Shown one piece after another: positions 1 through 8,180 of a stretch of 64,000 nucleotides of DNA. The stretch is from a virus, in the IMG/VR virus record IMGVR_UViG_3300021963_005223, positions 17,273 through 81,272 of that record; one strand, written 5' to 3'. The notes beneath the pieces are model-generated. The model saw only the letters and a list, made by a program, of their open reading frames with translations. It made no database searches and had not been told where the DNA came from. Position numbers and translations under genes: made by a program. Numbering within the stretch: the first letter of the stretch is position 1; every line of letters begins with the position of its first letter.

Positions 1-231
1 GGTTCTGAGCATCCTCGCTATAAACACGATTCACTGATGAATGGTGCATACAACTCACAGTTGGATAAGTTTATCATGGATCGTCCAGGAATCAAATTGT
101 GGACTCATGGTCATACTCATGAAGACTTTGACTACATGATTAAGCATTGTCGTGTTGTTTGTAATCCACGTGGTTATATTGACTACGAAGAACGTGCAGA
201 TCGTTTTCAACTTAAATTTGTGGAGGTTTAG
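1..231 (+). CDS. Calcineurin-like metallophosphoesterase, C-terminal part (5' truncated by the window)
   Basis: Frame open from base 1; WTHGHTH and VVCNPRGY motifs typical of phage metallophosphoesterases. Confidence 0.75.
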   Translation, partial: GSEHPRYKHDSLMNGAYNSQLDKFIMDRPGIKLWTHGHTHEDFDYMIKHCRVVCNPRGYIDYEERADRFQLKFVEV

Positions 232-232
232 T

Positions 233-568
233 ATGAGCCAATATTTTCCTGACAAGTGGGTCGTTGTAAAAATCTCTGGATCTGATACTCCACCTATACA
301 TAAAGTATTTGCTAGTTGGTATGGTGGATATGCAGGTTCAGATTCTTGGAAACTTAATAGTGGAATTACTAGAGCCATGTTAGATGGTACTGTATATTCA
401 TTTGATGGTTCGTCAGGATCAATCTATTATTGTAATAGAGAATCCTATGGACTTAGTAGTTATGGTAATAGTGTTCTTTCGAGGATGATCAATAACGCTG
501 CAGAGAATAATGTGTTGATTGAGATTCTTCCCGAGGAAACTAATTGGTTGGAGATACATTATGAGTAA
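233..568 (+). CDS. Hypothetical phage protein
   Basis: ATG 233 after GGAGG; PDKWVVVKI...WYGGYAGSDSWKLNSGI. Confidence 0.7.
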   Translation: MSQYFPDKWVVVKISGSDTPPIHKVFASWYGGYAGSDSWKLNSGITRAMLDGTVYSFDGSSGSIYYCNRESYGLSSYGNSVLSRMINNAAENNVLIEILPEETNWLEIHYE

Positions 569-740
569 GTGGACAATTATTGTAGAAGAAGATCCAGAAA
601 CAAAAGAACTAATGCTTCCTTTCTCTGATGATATGCTTGCTGAGGTTGGATGGAAAGAGGGTGATGTCCTCGAATGGATTGATAATAAAAATGGAAGCTG
701 GACTTTGAGGAAGAAAGATGAAATCACAAAAACAGATTGA
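561..740 (+). CDS. AbrB/MazE/SpoVT-like small DNA-binding protein
   Basis: LPFSDDMLAEVGWKEGDVLEW swapped-hairpin pattern; ATG 561 after GGAG. Confidence 0.6.
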   Translation: MSKWTIIVEEDPETKELMLPFSDDMLAEVGWKEGDVLEWIDNKNGSWTLRKKDEITKTD

Positions 741-888
741 ACAACACATCGAGGATATTCATAACAAGATTTGTCCTAATGAGATCGAGGAAGCAGTTGC
801 ATTTCTTTATGCGCAAGTTCTAAGACTCAAAGATGAAAATCAAGAACTTAAAGATAAAATCAAATTGATGGAGCAAGATTATGCCTAA
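718..888 (+). CDS. Hypothetical 56-aa coiled-coil protein (not in ORF track)
   Basis: Hand-translated MKSQKQIEQH...LMEQDYA; GAGG upstream; fills the gap between neighbours. Confidence 0.55.
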   Translation: MKSQKQIEQHIEDIHNKICPNEIEEAVAFLYAQVLRLKDENQELKDKIKLMEQDYA

Positions 889-1186
889 GTTTACACTAAT
901 TGCAGAACATACGGATCTTTATGGTAAGCCAGATGGCACCAAAGTGAATTACGAATTTTTTGTTGACACTTTAGACAATGTTCTAGAGCATGTTGATTTG
1001 TTTATTCGTGGTTGTGGGTATAACCCAACTGGCAATTTAGATTATGTTCCTGATGAAGAATATTATGGAACAGGTCCAGAATGGTATAACGAAGAATTCG
1101 AAACACCTACGGACACTAAATACAACCCCGATCAAAAAGAAGTAGGTCATTCAGCTTATTTTTATGATACGGAGAGAAACAGATGA
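881..1186 (+). CDS. Hypothetical protein
   Basis: ORF track; GGAG SD; overlaps both neighbours. Confidence 0.65.
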   Translation: MPKFTLIAEHTDLYGKPDGTKVNYEFFVDTLDNVLEHVDLFIRGCGYNPTGNLDYVPDEEYYGTGPEWYNEEFETPTDTKYNPDQKEVGHSAYFYDTERNR

Positions 1187-1557
1187 GTAAAGTATTTACT
1201 GATGTGCAAGTTTTTATGCGTTCCGCTGGGCAAAAAATCGGAGAAGATAATTACGATCAAGCAGATCTTTACTCTAGTTTAATTGACGAAGAGTATCGTG
1301 AATACATTGATGCACTTCGTGACCACGACGACGCAGAAACGATCGATGCTTGCTTCGATATGATTTGGGTTATTGTTGGCTACATGCACTCACGTGGCTG
1401 GGATTGTGAAAATATCTGGGACGAGGGTGCAGCATCTAATCTTGCCAAGATTGATAGACTAACTGGTAAAGTTATTCGAAGAGAAGATGGTAAGATCTTA
1501 AAACCCGAAGGTTGGAAACCACCCAACTTTCATCAATTTGTAAAAGTAAAAAAATAA
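1183..1557 (+). CDS. MazG-like / PRA-PH family NTP pyrophosphohydrolase
   Basis: LIDEEYRE, DACFDMIWV, SNLAK and RREDGKILKPEGWKPP motifs. Confidence 0.8.
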   Translation: MSKVFTDVQVFMRSAGQKIGEDNYDQADLYSSLIDEEYREYIDALRDHDDAETIDACFDMIWVIVGYMHSRGWDCENIWDEGAASNLAKIDRLTGKVIRREDGKILKPEGWKPPNFHQFVKVKK

Positions 1558-1570
1558 AAAAGGTAGTACC

Positions 1571-2092
1571 ATGAATATTAAACTTTATTTAGATATGGAT
1601 GGCGTGATAGCAGATTTTGACACAGCGTATACTGCGATTCAATCTATGTCAGCTGATGGAAGAAAGTTTCGCAAAGCTGTAATGGATTATAAAATCTTTA
1701 ACGATCTTGATTTTATGCCAGACGCAGAACAACTGCTGAACCATGTTAAAACACTCAAAGATGTTGATATTGAAATTTTGACATCGATGGGAACATTTGA
1801 TCCATTCGTTGGACAAGAAGTTCGTAAACAAAAAAGTCATTGGTTGAAAGAAAGAAACATCAACTATAAACCAAATTTCGTTCGTATGAAAGCAGAAAAA
1901 GCAAAGTATGCAACAAACCCTTATGGGGTTGCGGTTCCAAACATTTTAGTTGATGATTCAGTAGGATGTGTAGAACCATTTGATAAAGCAGGTGGTCGCG
2001 GAATTTTGCACACTAGTGCAGCAACAACAATTCCATTACTTGATTCAACAATTTTACAAGTCAGAGCACTTAACGGATTAAGACTAGGATGA
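1571..2092 (+). CDS. HAD-family 5'(3')-deoxyribonucleotidase-like protein
   Basis: YLDMDGVIADF motif I, ILTS motif II, ILVDD motif IV. Confidence 0.8.
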   Translation: MNIKLYLDMDGVIADFDTAYTAIQSMSADGRKFRKAVMDYKIFNDLDFMPDAEQLLNHVKTLKDVDIEILTSMGTFDPFVGQEVRKQKSHWLKERNINYKPNFVRMKAEKAKYATNPYGVAVPNILVDDSVGCVEPFDKAGGRGILHTSAATTIPLLDSTILQVRALNGLRLG

Positions 2093-2376
2093 ATGATTTA
2101 TTTGCAACCACTTTCAGATGGATAAAAGATGACTGGAACTCTAACCCATTTCGTTTCTTTATTGAAATCCTCGCTTGGGCTATCAGTATCGGCTGTAGTA
2201 TCACTATGGCTCTCACTGTTCCAACTCCGCCATTACTTATACTTTATCCTATCTGGATTGCTGGTTGCGCTATGTATGCTTGGGCTGCTTATACTAGGAA
2301 ATCGTTTGGGATGTTGGCTAACTACATGTTACTGGTGACGATTGACTTTATTGGATTGATTAGGATGTTAACATGA
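2089..2376 (+). CDS. Small membrane protein (about 3 TM segments)
   Basis: Three hydrophobic stretches; ATGA overlap with the upstream gene. Confidence 0.7.
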   Translation: MNDLFATTFRWIKDDWNSNPFRFFIEILAWAISIGCSITMALTVPTPPLLILYPIWIAGCAMYAWAAYTRKSFGMLANYMLLVTIDFIGLIRMLT

Positions 2377-2531
2377 ACTTTAGATTCTGGTTACAAGAAA
2401 TGTGGATGAAACATAAAGATGAATATGTTGAACTTGGAATTTCTATTCCAGAATCTAATGCGCAAGAATATTTCCGTAAATACAAGTATTGGTTGAAACG
2501 TGAATACAAACATCAAATGAGGAACAAGTGA
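2373..2531 (+). CDS. Hypothetical 52-aa protein (not in ORF track)
   Basis: Hand-translated MNFRFWLQEMWMKHKDE...KREYKHQMRNK; ATGA and GTGA overlaps on both sides. Confidence 0.6.
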   Translation: MNFRFWLQEMWMKHKDEYVELGISIPESNAQEYFRKYKYWLKREYKHQMRNK

Positions 2532-3064
2532 ATATATTTTATCTACATCATGATACAAAAATTTGTGCAGAAATGCACGTTGATAAACATTGCGTAAAGA
2601 TGATTCTCGAATATGCTCAACTACTATCTACTGCTCATCGTGTCCTTGATGGTCACGAGTCCATTACTACTTCGGTTTCTGGGCGTAAGAAAAAAACTTG
2701 GACTATTAGCGATCATCGCAACGATGTCCTTTACAGTGCTACCCATATTAATCATCCTTCGGCTATTTGGGTAAGACAATCGCTTGAAAATTATCAATGG
2801 TTATACAATATGTTCCGTGATTTAATTAAGGAATATAATTATCGTTATGGTAAAGTGCATAAGTGTTCTATGTTGCTTGGCGACTTACAGTATCCACCAA
2901 ACAATATTCCTAAAGATAAACCATTTACTGAACCGACTCCAGCTATGCCAGATCATTACAAGGTAGCAGGAGATTCGGTTTCGTCATATAAAAATTATTA
3001 TCTGGGCGATAAACAAAGAATGTTTTCTTGGAAAAATCGTCCAACTCCGTCTTGGATTTGCTAA
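2528..3064 (+). CDS. Pyrimidine-dimer DNA glycosylase (DenV-like family)
   Basis: MNIFYL...HVDKHCVKMILEYAQLLSTAH, THINHPSAIW, PTPAMPDHYK motifs. Confidence 0.75.
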   Translation: MNIFYLHHDTKICAEMHVDKHCVKMILEYAQLLSTAHRVLDGHESITTSVSGRKKKTWTISDHRNDVLYSATHINHPSAIWVRQSLENYQWLYNMFRDLIKEYNYRYGKVHKCSMLLGDLQYPPNNIPKDKPFTEPTPAMPDHYKVAGDSVSSYKNYYLGDKQRMFSWKNRPTPSWIC

Positions 3065-3067
3065 ATA
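3061..3067 (+). promoter_or_regulatory. T4-type late promoter variant CTAAATA
   Basis: Resembles the T4 gp55 consensus TATAAATA; the same 7-mer recurs before structural genes. Confidence 0.55.
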
Positions 3068-3072
3068 CAATT

Positions 3073-3312
3073 ATGCCTACATATACTTTTATTGATAATA
3101 ATACTAACGAGAAGTTTGATAAATTTCTGAAAATTGCGGATCGTGAGCAATTCCTCAACGACAATCCCCATATTCAATCAGTTATAACTGCACCAGCAAT
3201 TACAGGCGATCATGTATCTGTTAAAAAGGATACAGGGTTCAAGGAGGTACTGCAAAAAATTAACGAAAGAAATCCACACAACGATTTAGGTAAAACTTCC
3301 TCACAATTATAA
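3073..3312 (+). CDS. Conserved T4-like small protein (FmdB-like N-terminus without Cys)
   Basis: MPTYTFIDNNTNE...FLNDNPHI...GFKEVLQKI. Confidence 0.65.
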   Translation: MPTYTFIDNNTNEKFDKFLKIADREQFLNDNPHIQSVITAPAITGDHVSVKKDTGFKEVLQKINERNPHNDLGKTSSQL

Positions 3313-3327
3313 CCACAAGGATTTTTA

Positions 3328-4095
3328 ATGGCTCGCACATCAGCTGCAAAGAAAGTGGTAGACATTCATTATGACGAGCGTGAAACAAAACCTACTGCCA
3401 ATAATCAGTTAAAGTTACGTTTAGATAATTTAAAAACTTTTCAACCACTTACTGATAATCAGAAATTATTTTTTGATGCATATAAAACTGGCGATTATTT
3501 TATAGCATTACACGGAGTAGCAGGTACTGGTAAAACTTTTATTGCTCTCTATAAAGCAATTGAAGAAGTTCTTGATAAATCAAATCCCTTCAATAAAATT
3601 ATTGTAGTTCGTTCTGCGGTTCAATCTCGAGAAATTGGTCATCTTCCAGGCGACGTTAACGAGAAGATGGATATTTACGAACAACCGTATCGTCAAATTT
3701 GTCATCAGTTGTTTGATCGTAAAGATGCATGGGATCGTTTAGAGGAACAGGGATATATTCAGTTTATTTCAACGTCTTTTATTCGTGGTATGTCTTTCGA
3801 TAATGCAATTATTATTGTTGATGAGATGCAAAACTTGACATATGAAGAAATTGATACAGTTATGACACGTGTTGGTCATATGTCTAAGATTATTTGGTGT
3901 GGTGACTATCGTCAGACTGATCTAAATAAACGAAAGAACGATGTTACTGGTATTTTGAAATTTTTTGATATTGCACAGCACATGAAATCATTTACACGCA
4001 TTGAGTTTACTGTAGATGATATCGTTCGTTCATCATTAGTTAAAGATTATATTTTGGCTAAATTAAAGTACGAAGATCACGAGGACAAAAAATGA
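3328..4095 (+). CDS. phoH: PhoH-family ATPase
   Basis: GVAGTGKT Walker A, IGHLPG, FIRGMSF, IIVDEMQN, GDYRQTDL. Confidence 0.95.
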   Translation: MARTSAAKKVVDIHYDERETKPTANNQLKLRLDNLKTFQPLTDNQKLFFDAYKTGDYFIALHGVAGTGKTFIALYKAIEEVLDKSNPFNKIIVVRSAVQSREIGHLPGDVNEKMDIYEQPYRQICHQLFDRKDAWDRLEEQGYIQFISTSFIRGMSFDNAIIIVDEMQNLTYEEIDTVMTRVGHMSKIIWCGDYRQTDLNKRKNDVTGILKFFDIAQHMKSFTRIEFTVDDIVRSSLVKDYILAKLKYEDHEDKK

Positions 4096-4712
4096 TAACA
4101 GCAGAACAATTTAAACACTTATTCCCACGTGCTCAAGATCCAGCATCGTGGGCTGAGTCGATGAATAACGTATTCCCAACTTATGACATTAATACACCAC
4201 ATCGTGTAGCAGCATTCCTTGCTCAGTGTGGACATGAGTCTGGTGGTTGGACAGTATTCGAAGAAAACTTAAATTACTCAGCACAAGGTTTATGCAGTAT
4301 TTTTAAGAAGTATTTTCCTACACTTGAATCAGCAACACCATATGCACGCAAGCCAGAAATGATTGCTAATAAAGTTTATGGTGGACGTATGGGTAATGGA
4401 CCAGAAGAATCTGGCGATGGCTGGAAATATCGTGGACGTGGTCCAATTCAGTTAACAGGAAAATCTAACTATATGCAGTTTGCCAAGGATATGTTTGAAG
4501 ATTGGGAAAATCTTTTCGCAAATCCAGATTGGGTTACTGCAGATCGTGATTTTGCATTAATGTCAGCTATTTGGTTCTGGAATAAAAACGGATTAAATAA
4601 AGAAGCAGACGCAGGTGATATCAAGACAATGACAAGAAAGATTAATGGTGGATTTATTGGTCTTGATGATAGAATTAAACATTACAACGAAGCTATTCAT
4701 TTGTTAACATAA
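4092..4712 (+). CDS. Glycoside hydrolase family 19 endolysin
   Basis: AAFLAQCGHESGG, ENLNYS, YRGRGPIQLTGKSNY, TRKINGG. Confidence 0.92.
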   Translation: MITAEQFKHLFPRAQDPASWAESMNNVFPTYDINTPHRVAAFLAQCGHESGGWTVFEENLNYSAQGLCSIFKKYFPTLESATPYARKPEMIANKVYGGRMGNGPEESGDGWKYRGRGPIQLTGKSNYMQFAKDMFEDWENLFANPDWVTADRDFALMSAIWFWNKNGLNKEADAGDIKTMTRKINGGFIGLDDRIKHYNEAIHLLT

Positions 4713-5503
4713 TGAAATACAAAACGATATTCATAAGTGATGTCCACTTAGGTACTCGTGATTGTCAAGCAAATAAATTAAATAATTTTCTTAAACATAA
4801 TACTTGCGAAACTTTATATCTTGTAGGAGATATAATTGATGCTTGGAAAATACAGCAAAATAAGTGGAGATGGAAACAACCACACACTAATGTTGTAAGA
4901 AGAATACTTGGTCATGCTAAACGTGGGACAAGAGTTGTATATGTAGCAGGAAATCATGATGAATTCTTAAGACCGATGATTCCATATGGATTTTCTTTTG
5001 GTCTGATTGAAATAATAAATCAAACAGAACATATTGGTATAGATGGAAAACGCTATCTTGTAACTCATGGTGATTTGTTTGATGGCATTACTCGTCTCGC
5101 TCCTTGGCTAGCGTTTCTTGGAGATAAACTTTATGACTTCGTACTTGAATGGAATTCAAGATTTAATTGGGTTCGTCATAAACTGGGATTTGGTTATTGG
5201 AGTCTGAGTAAATATCTAAAACATAAAGTTAAGAAAGCATCTGACTTTATGTTTCAGTTTGAAAAGAATCTTGCTGGGTATTGCAAGAAACGTGGCTTTG
5301 ATGGTGTTATATGTGGGCATATCCACCACGCAGAAATAAAAGAAATTGATGGCGTCGTTTATATGAACGATGGTGATTGGGTTGAATCTTGTACTGCACT
5401 CGTTGAGCATTATGATGGTCGCTGGGAAATAGTAACTTGGACCAAGGAGAATGACAATGTGGTTAATGATGTTGATAGCAGTGCACATAAACAACCCGAA
5501 TGA
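4712..5503 (+). CDS. PlcP/LpxH2-like metallophosphoesterase (UDP-2,3-diacylglucosamine hydrolase family)
   Basis: ISDVHLG, LVGDIID, GNHD, HGD, WLAFLGD, YWSLS, CGHIH, NDGDWVESCTALVE. Confidence 0.85.
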   Translation: MKYKTIFISDVHLGTRDCQANKLNNFLKHNTCETLYLVGDIIDAWKIQQNKWRWKQPHTNVVRRILGHAKRGTRVVYVAGNHDEFLRPMIPYGFSFGLIEIINQTEHIGIDGKRYLVTHGDLFDGITRLAPWLAFLGDKLYDFVLEWNSRFNWVRHKLGFGYWSLSKYLKHKVKKASDFMFQFEKNLAGYCKKRGFDGVICGHIHHAEIKEIDGVVYMNDGDWVESCTALVEHYDGRWEIVTWTKENDNVVNDVDSSAHKQPE

Positions 5504-5630
5504 CATTCCAGGAAGAATAAATTTACAATTTCAAACTCAACAACAGTGTGAACAAACTCTACAAACAATGACTTATTGGTTAAAGTTTGAACAATTTAAG
5601 ATTGAAGGTAAATGTCAAAAATTAAGTTAG
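5451..5630 (+). CDS. Hypothetical 59-aa protein (not in ORF track)
   Basis: AAGGAG SD; MTMWLMMLIAVH...C...C; bridges the neighbouring genes. Confidence 0.5.
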   Translation: MTMWLMMLIAVHINNPNDIPGRINLQFQTQQQCEQTLQTMTYWLKFEQFKIEGKCQKLS

Positions 5631-6331
5631 AAGAAAAGATAACAATAGTTGTTCCATGTAAGAATGAAGAAAATTATATTTCTCACTTACTTGACCATCT
5701 AAAGAAACAAAACATTGGTAATACTCGCATTATTATTGCAGATGCTTCTACGGATAATACAAGAGAAGTTATTGCTAATAATAAAGGTAATTTGAATGTT
5801 GAGATTATCGATGGCGGACCAGTTTCTATTGCAAAAAATAATGGGGCGAAACTTGCAACTACACCATATATTCTATTCATTGATAGTGATGTAAGATTTT
5901 TTAAAGATACAGTTATATTTGACACTATTAAAGAATTAGAGTATAATAATCTTGACATGATTGGATTATATGCAAAATGTTACGATGGTGACATTAGAGC
6001 ACAAATTGGGTTTATGATATTTAATGCTATCAATGATATGATGAAACATTGGGTACCATTTGCGGTTGGTGCTTATATGTTAACACGAAGAGATAAATTT
6101 GAAGAGTATGGTGGATTCCCTGCTAAATATGGCACTAGCGAAGATTTCTTTTTATCAAAAAAGTATGATGTAAAGAAATTCAAATTAGTCAACCATTATT
6201 TTGGACAGGATAGTAGAAGGTTTCATAAAATGGGATACTTTGGCATGGCTTGGTATCTAATTAAAAACTTTTTTAATAGAAATAATGAAAATTATTGGAA
6301 TGAAATAGATTATACGAAATATTGGAAATGA
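5612..6331 (+). CDS. Glycosyltransferase family 2
   Basis: IVVPCKNEE, DASTDNT, FIDSD (DxD), GGF...ED motifs. Confidence 0.9.
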   Translation: MSKIKLEEKITIVVPCKNEENYISHLLDHLKKQNIGNTRIIIADASTDNTREVIANNKGNLNVEIIDGGPVSIAKNNGAKLATTPYILFIDSDVRFFKDTVIFDTIKELEYNNLDMIGLYAKCYDGDIRAQIGFMIFNAINDMMKHWVPFAVGAYMLTRRDKFEEYGGFPAKYGTSEDFFLSKKYDVKKFKLVNHYFGQDSRRFHKMGYFGMAWYLIKNFFNRNNENYWNEIDYTKYWK

Positions 6332-6981
6332 AAACATTTATACATCATGAATTTCCCAAACTTGAACGTGATACAAAACCCGATGGTACGAGAGTATATA
6401 AAACACCATCGGGTCGAGCCTATCCCTCCGTCACCACAGTTACGGGACTGCACTCAAAACAATCAATCATGGAGTGGAGAAAGAAAGTCGGAGAAGAAGC
6501 AGCAAACAAAATCTCCAACAGAGCAGCCACTCGAGGAACAAGAATACATACCCTCTGCGAATCCTATTTGCGTGGAGAGTCTACTGAACCAGATATATTC
6601 GATCAAGAAATATATAAAGGGTTAGTTCCGTATCTCGATAAAATAAATAACATACATGCATTAGAAGATCCACTTTATTCTGACCATTTAGAAGTTGCAG
6701 GAACAGTTGATTGTATTGCAGAATATGATGGTAAACTTGCAGTTATAGATTTTAAAACTTCTTCGAAAGTTAAACAGCGTGACTGGATTACTGGTTATTT
6801 TATGCAAACATCTGCGTATGCTGTTGCATTCGAAGAGAGAACTGGGATACCAGTTGGACGTATGGTTATTATAATGGGTGTTGATGACCACGAACCACTT
6901 ATTTTTGAAGAAAAGAGAGATGATTGGATCGGCGAGTTTGTAAAATTGCGACAAGAATACAAACAAATTAAAAATATTTGA
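6328..6981 (+). CDS. PD-(D/E)XK exonuclease of T4-like phages
   Basis: YPSVTTV, RGTRIH, AGTVDCIAEY, IDFKTS, YFMQTSAYA. Confidence 0.88.
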   Translation: MKTFIHHEFPKLERDTKPDGTRVYKTPSGRAYPSVTTVTGLHSKQSIMEWRKKVGEEAANKISNRAATRGTRIHTLCESYLRGESTEPDIFDQEIYKGLVPYLDKINNIHALEDPLYSDHLEVAGTVDCIAEYDGKLAVIDFKTSSKVKQRDWITGYFMQTSAYAVAFEERTGIPVGRMVIIMGVDDHEPLIFEEKRDDWIGEFVKLRQEYKQIKNI

Positions 6982-7006
6982 CAAATATGAGAAAGTAGGG
7001 TATAAT
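6978..7006 (+). promoter_or_regulatory. Perfect sigma70-type promoter upstream of the tmRNA
   Basis: TTGACA 6978-6983, 17-bp spacer, TATAAT 7001-7006. Confidence 0.85.
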
Positions 7007-7157
7007 GTTATTAAATGCTGAAATCGCACCTAATATAATTATATTAGAAGAACGTAAACTTCCTGAAGGTTGGAAAGAAGGAGATATGTTTAAAGTTATT
7101 ATTGGTGCGAATGGACAAGTTACACTAATCAAGTCAACGCAAGATGGTGTAATGTAA
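7005..7157 (+). CDS. Possible 50-aa AbrB-like protein (not in ORF track)
   Basis: MLLNAE...LPEGWKEGDMFKVIIGANGQVTLIK; shares GWKEGD with 561..740. Confidence 0.45.
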   Translation: MLLNAEIAPNIIILEERKLPEGWKEGDMFKVIIGANGQVTLIKSTQDGVM

Positions 7158-7450
7158 GAATTGCTGTATGAAGCAATGAGAAAGGTGTTCTGGACGTGGG
7201 TTCGACTCCCACCACCTCCACCTGAACATATTCCGAACCGAGTTATCGGTAGCAAAGCGAAACGCTGAGTATGTTCAGGTGGGGGTGCCATGGTTTCGAC
7301 AGGGCAATGAGTAACAGAGTGGACAGCACGACACAGAGAGTCGTAAAAAGTAAAAAACGTAAACGCAAACGACGCACAGTTCGCATTAGCAGCCTAAACA
7401 CTGCTTAGGGTTTCGGTAGGTTTCCTCGTAACAGAATAACCTACCACGAA
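7158..7450 (+). ncRNA. ssrA: Circularly permuted (two-piece) tmRNA, tag ANDAQFALAA
   Basis: T-arm GTGGG-TTCGACT-CCCAC 7196-7212 and acceptor 3' strand CACCTCC-A 7213-7220 precede the 5' strand GGGGGTG 7281-7287 (G3.U70 pair); tag ORF 7365-7397; outer ends approximate. Confidence 0.92.
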
Positions 7451-7560
7451 TTAGTGAAGTCTTTGCTCATAATTGGCAACCGATATCCTTGATATCTTGT
7501 ACCAAGAAAAGTGACGACATTAATGTGCAGTAAATCATTAACTTTTATTAAGGAACTATC

Positions 7561-7773
7561 ATGAAATCAATTATCGCATTAGTAATGTTGGCATTTGCAA
7601 CTGTTTCGTTTGCAGCTGAACCTGCAAAGAAGCCAGAAGCAAAGAAAGAAGAAACAAACTGCGTAACTAAGGACAAACAAGGTAAATGTCCTCCAGCACC
7701 TAAGTCTGAGAAACCTACTCCTAAGAAAGTAGAGAAGAAAGACGACAAGACAGCTGATGCAGCAAAAAAGTAA
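7561..7773 (+). CDS. Small secreted Lys/Glu/Pro-rich protein
   Basis: Signal peptide MKSIIALVMLAFATVSFA; two Cys; AAGGA SD. Confidence 0.75.
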   Translation: MKSIIALVMLAFATVSFAAEPAKKPEAKKEETNCVTKDKQGKCPPAPKSEKPTPKKVEKKDDKTADAAKK

Positions 7774-7776
7774 TAC

Positions 7777-7783
7777 CTAAATA
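7777..7783 (+). promoter_or_regulatory. Late promoter CTAAATA
   Basis: Intergenic motif match. Confidence 0.55.
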
Positions 7784-7856
7784 ATAGACAGTGGGTTGAT
7801 GGATCCCAATAAAACCATCATTACACACAACTCATAAACACACAAAGGAGTAAAAC

Positions 7857-8126
7857 ATGAGTAATATGACCCCGTTCGAGATTCGCCTAGAACTTTTAAA
7901 AATGGCGAAAGACATGCTTAATGACGAATATTATGGTAAGCGTGAACAAATTAGCAACGACTGGCATGTAAAAGTCGACTCTGCTAAAATCAATGGTGGA
8001 ACTATTCCAGAACATCCTGGGTTTCCATCTTATCCAAGTGAAGCCGATATTATTGCGAAAGCAACTGCTCTCAATGGTTTCGTTTCAAACATCCCAGTAG
8101 ATACAAAGACTAAGAAGTCCACCTGA
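7857..8126 (+). CDS. Conserved hypothetical protein of T4-like phages
   Basis: TPFEIRLELLKMAKDML...YPSEADIIAKA; AAGGAG SD. Confidence 0.8.
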   Translation: MSNMTPFEIRLELLKMAKDMLNDEYYGKREQISNDWHVKVDSAKINGGTIPEHPGFPSYPSEADIIAKATALNGFVSNIPVDTKTKKST

Positions 8127-8135
8127 TAGGGATTG

Positions 8136-8163
8136 GAGTGTGCAGTCACATGCACACTCTTTA
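8136..8163 (+). terminator. Hairpin, possible intrinsic terminator
   Basis: GAGTGTGCA-gtcaca-TGCACACTC followed by TTTAACTT. Confidence 0.5.
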
Positions 8164-8180
8164 ACTTACTAAGGAGATTT

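Noticed and set aside
7190-7223. Apparent tRNA 3' half (GGTTCGACTCCC)
   Set aside because: No anticodon arm; it is the acceptor piece of the permuted tmRNA
6968-7291. 107-aa minus-strand ORF
   Set aside because: Antisense to the tmRNA and its promoter; no coding features
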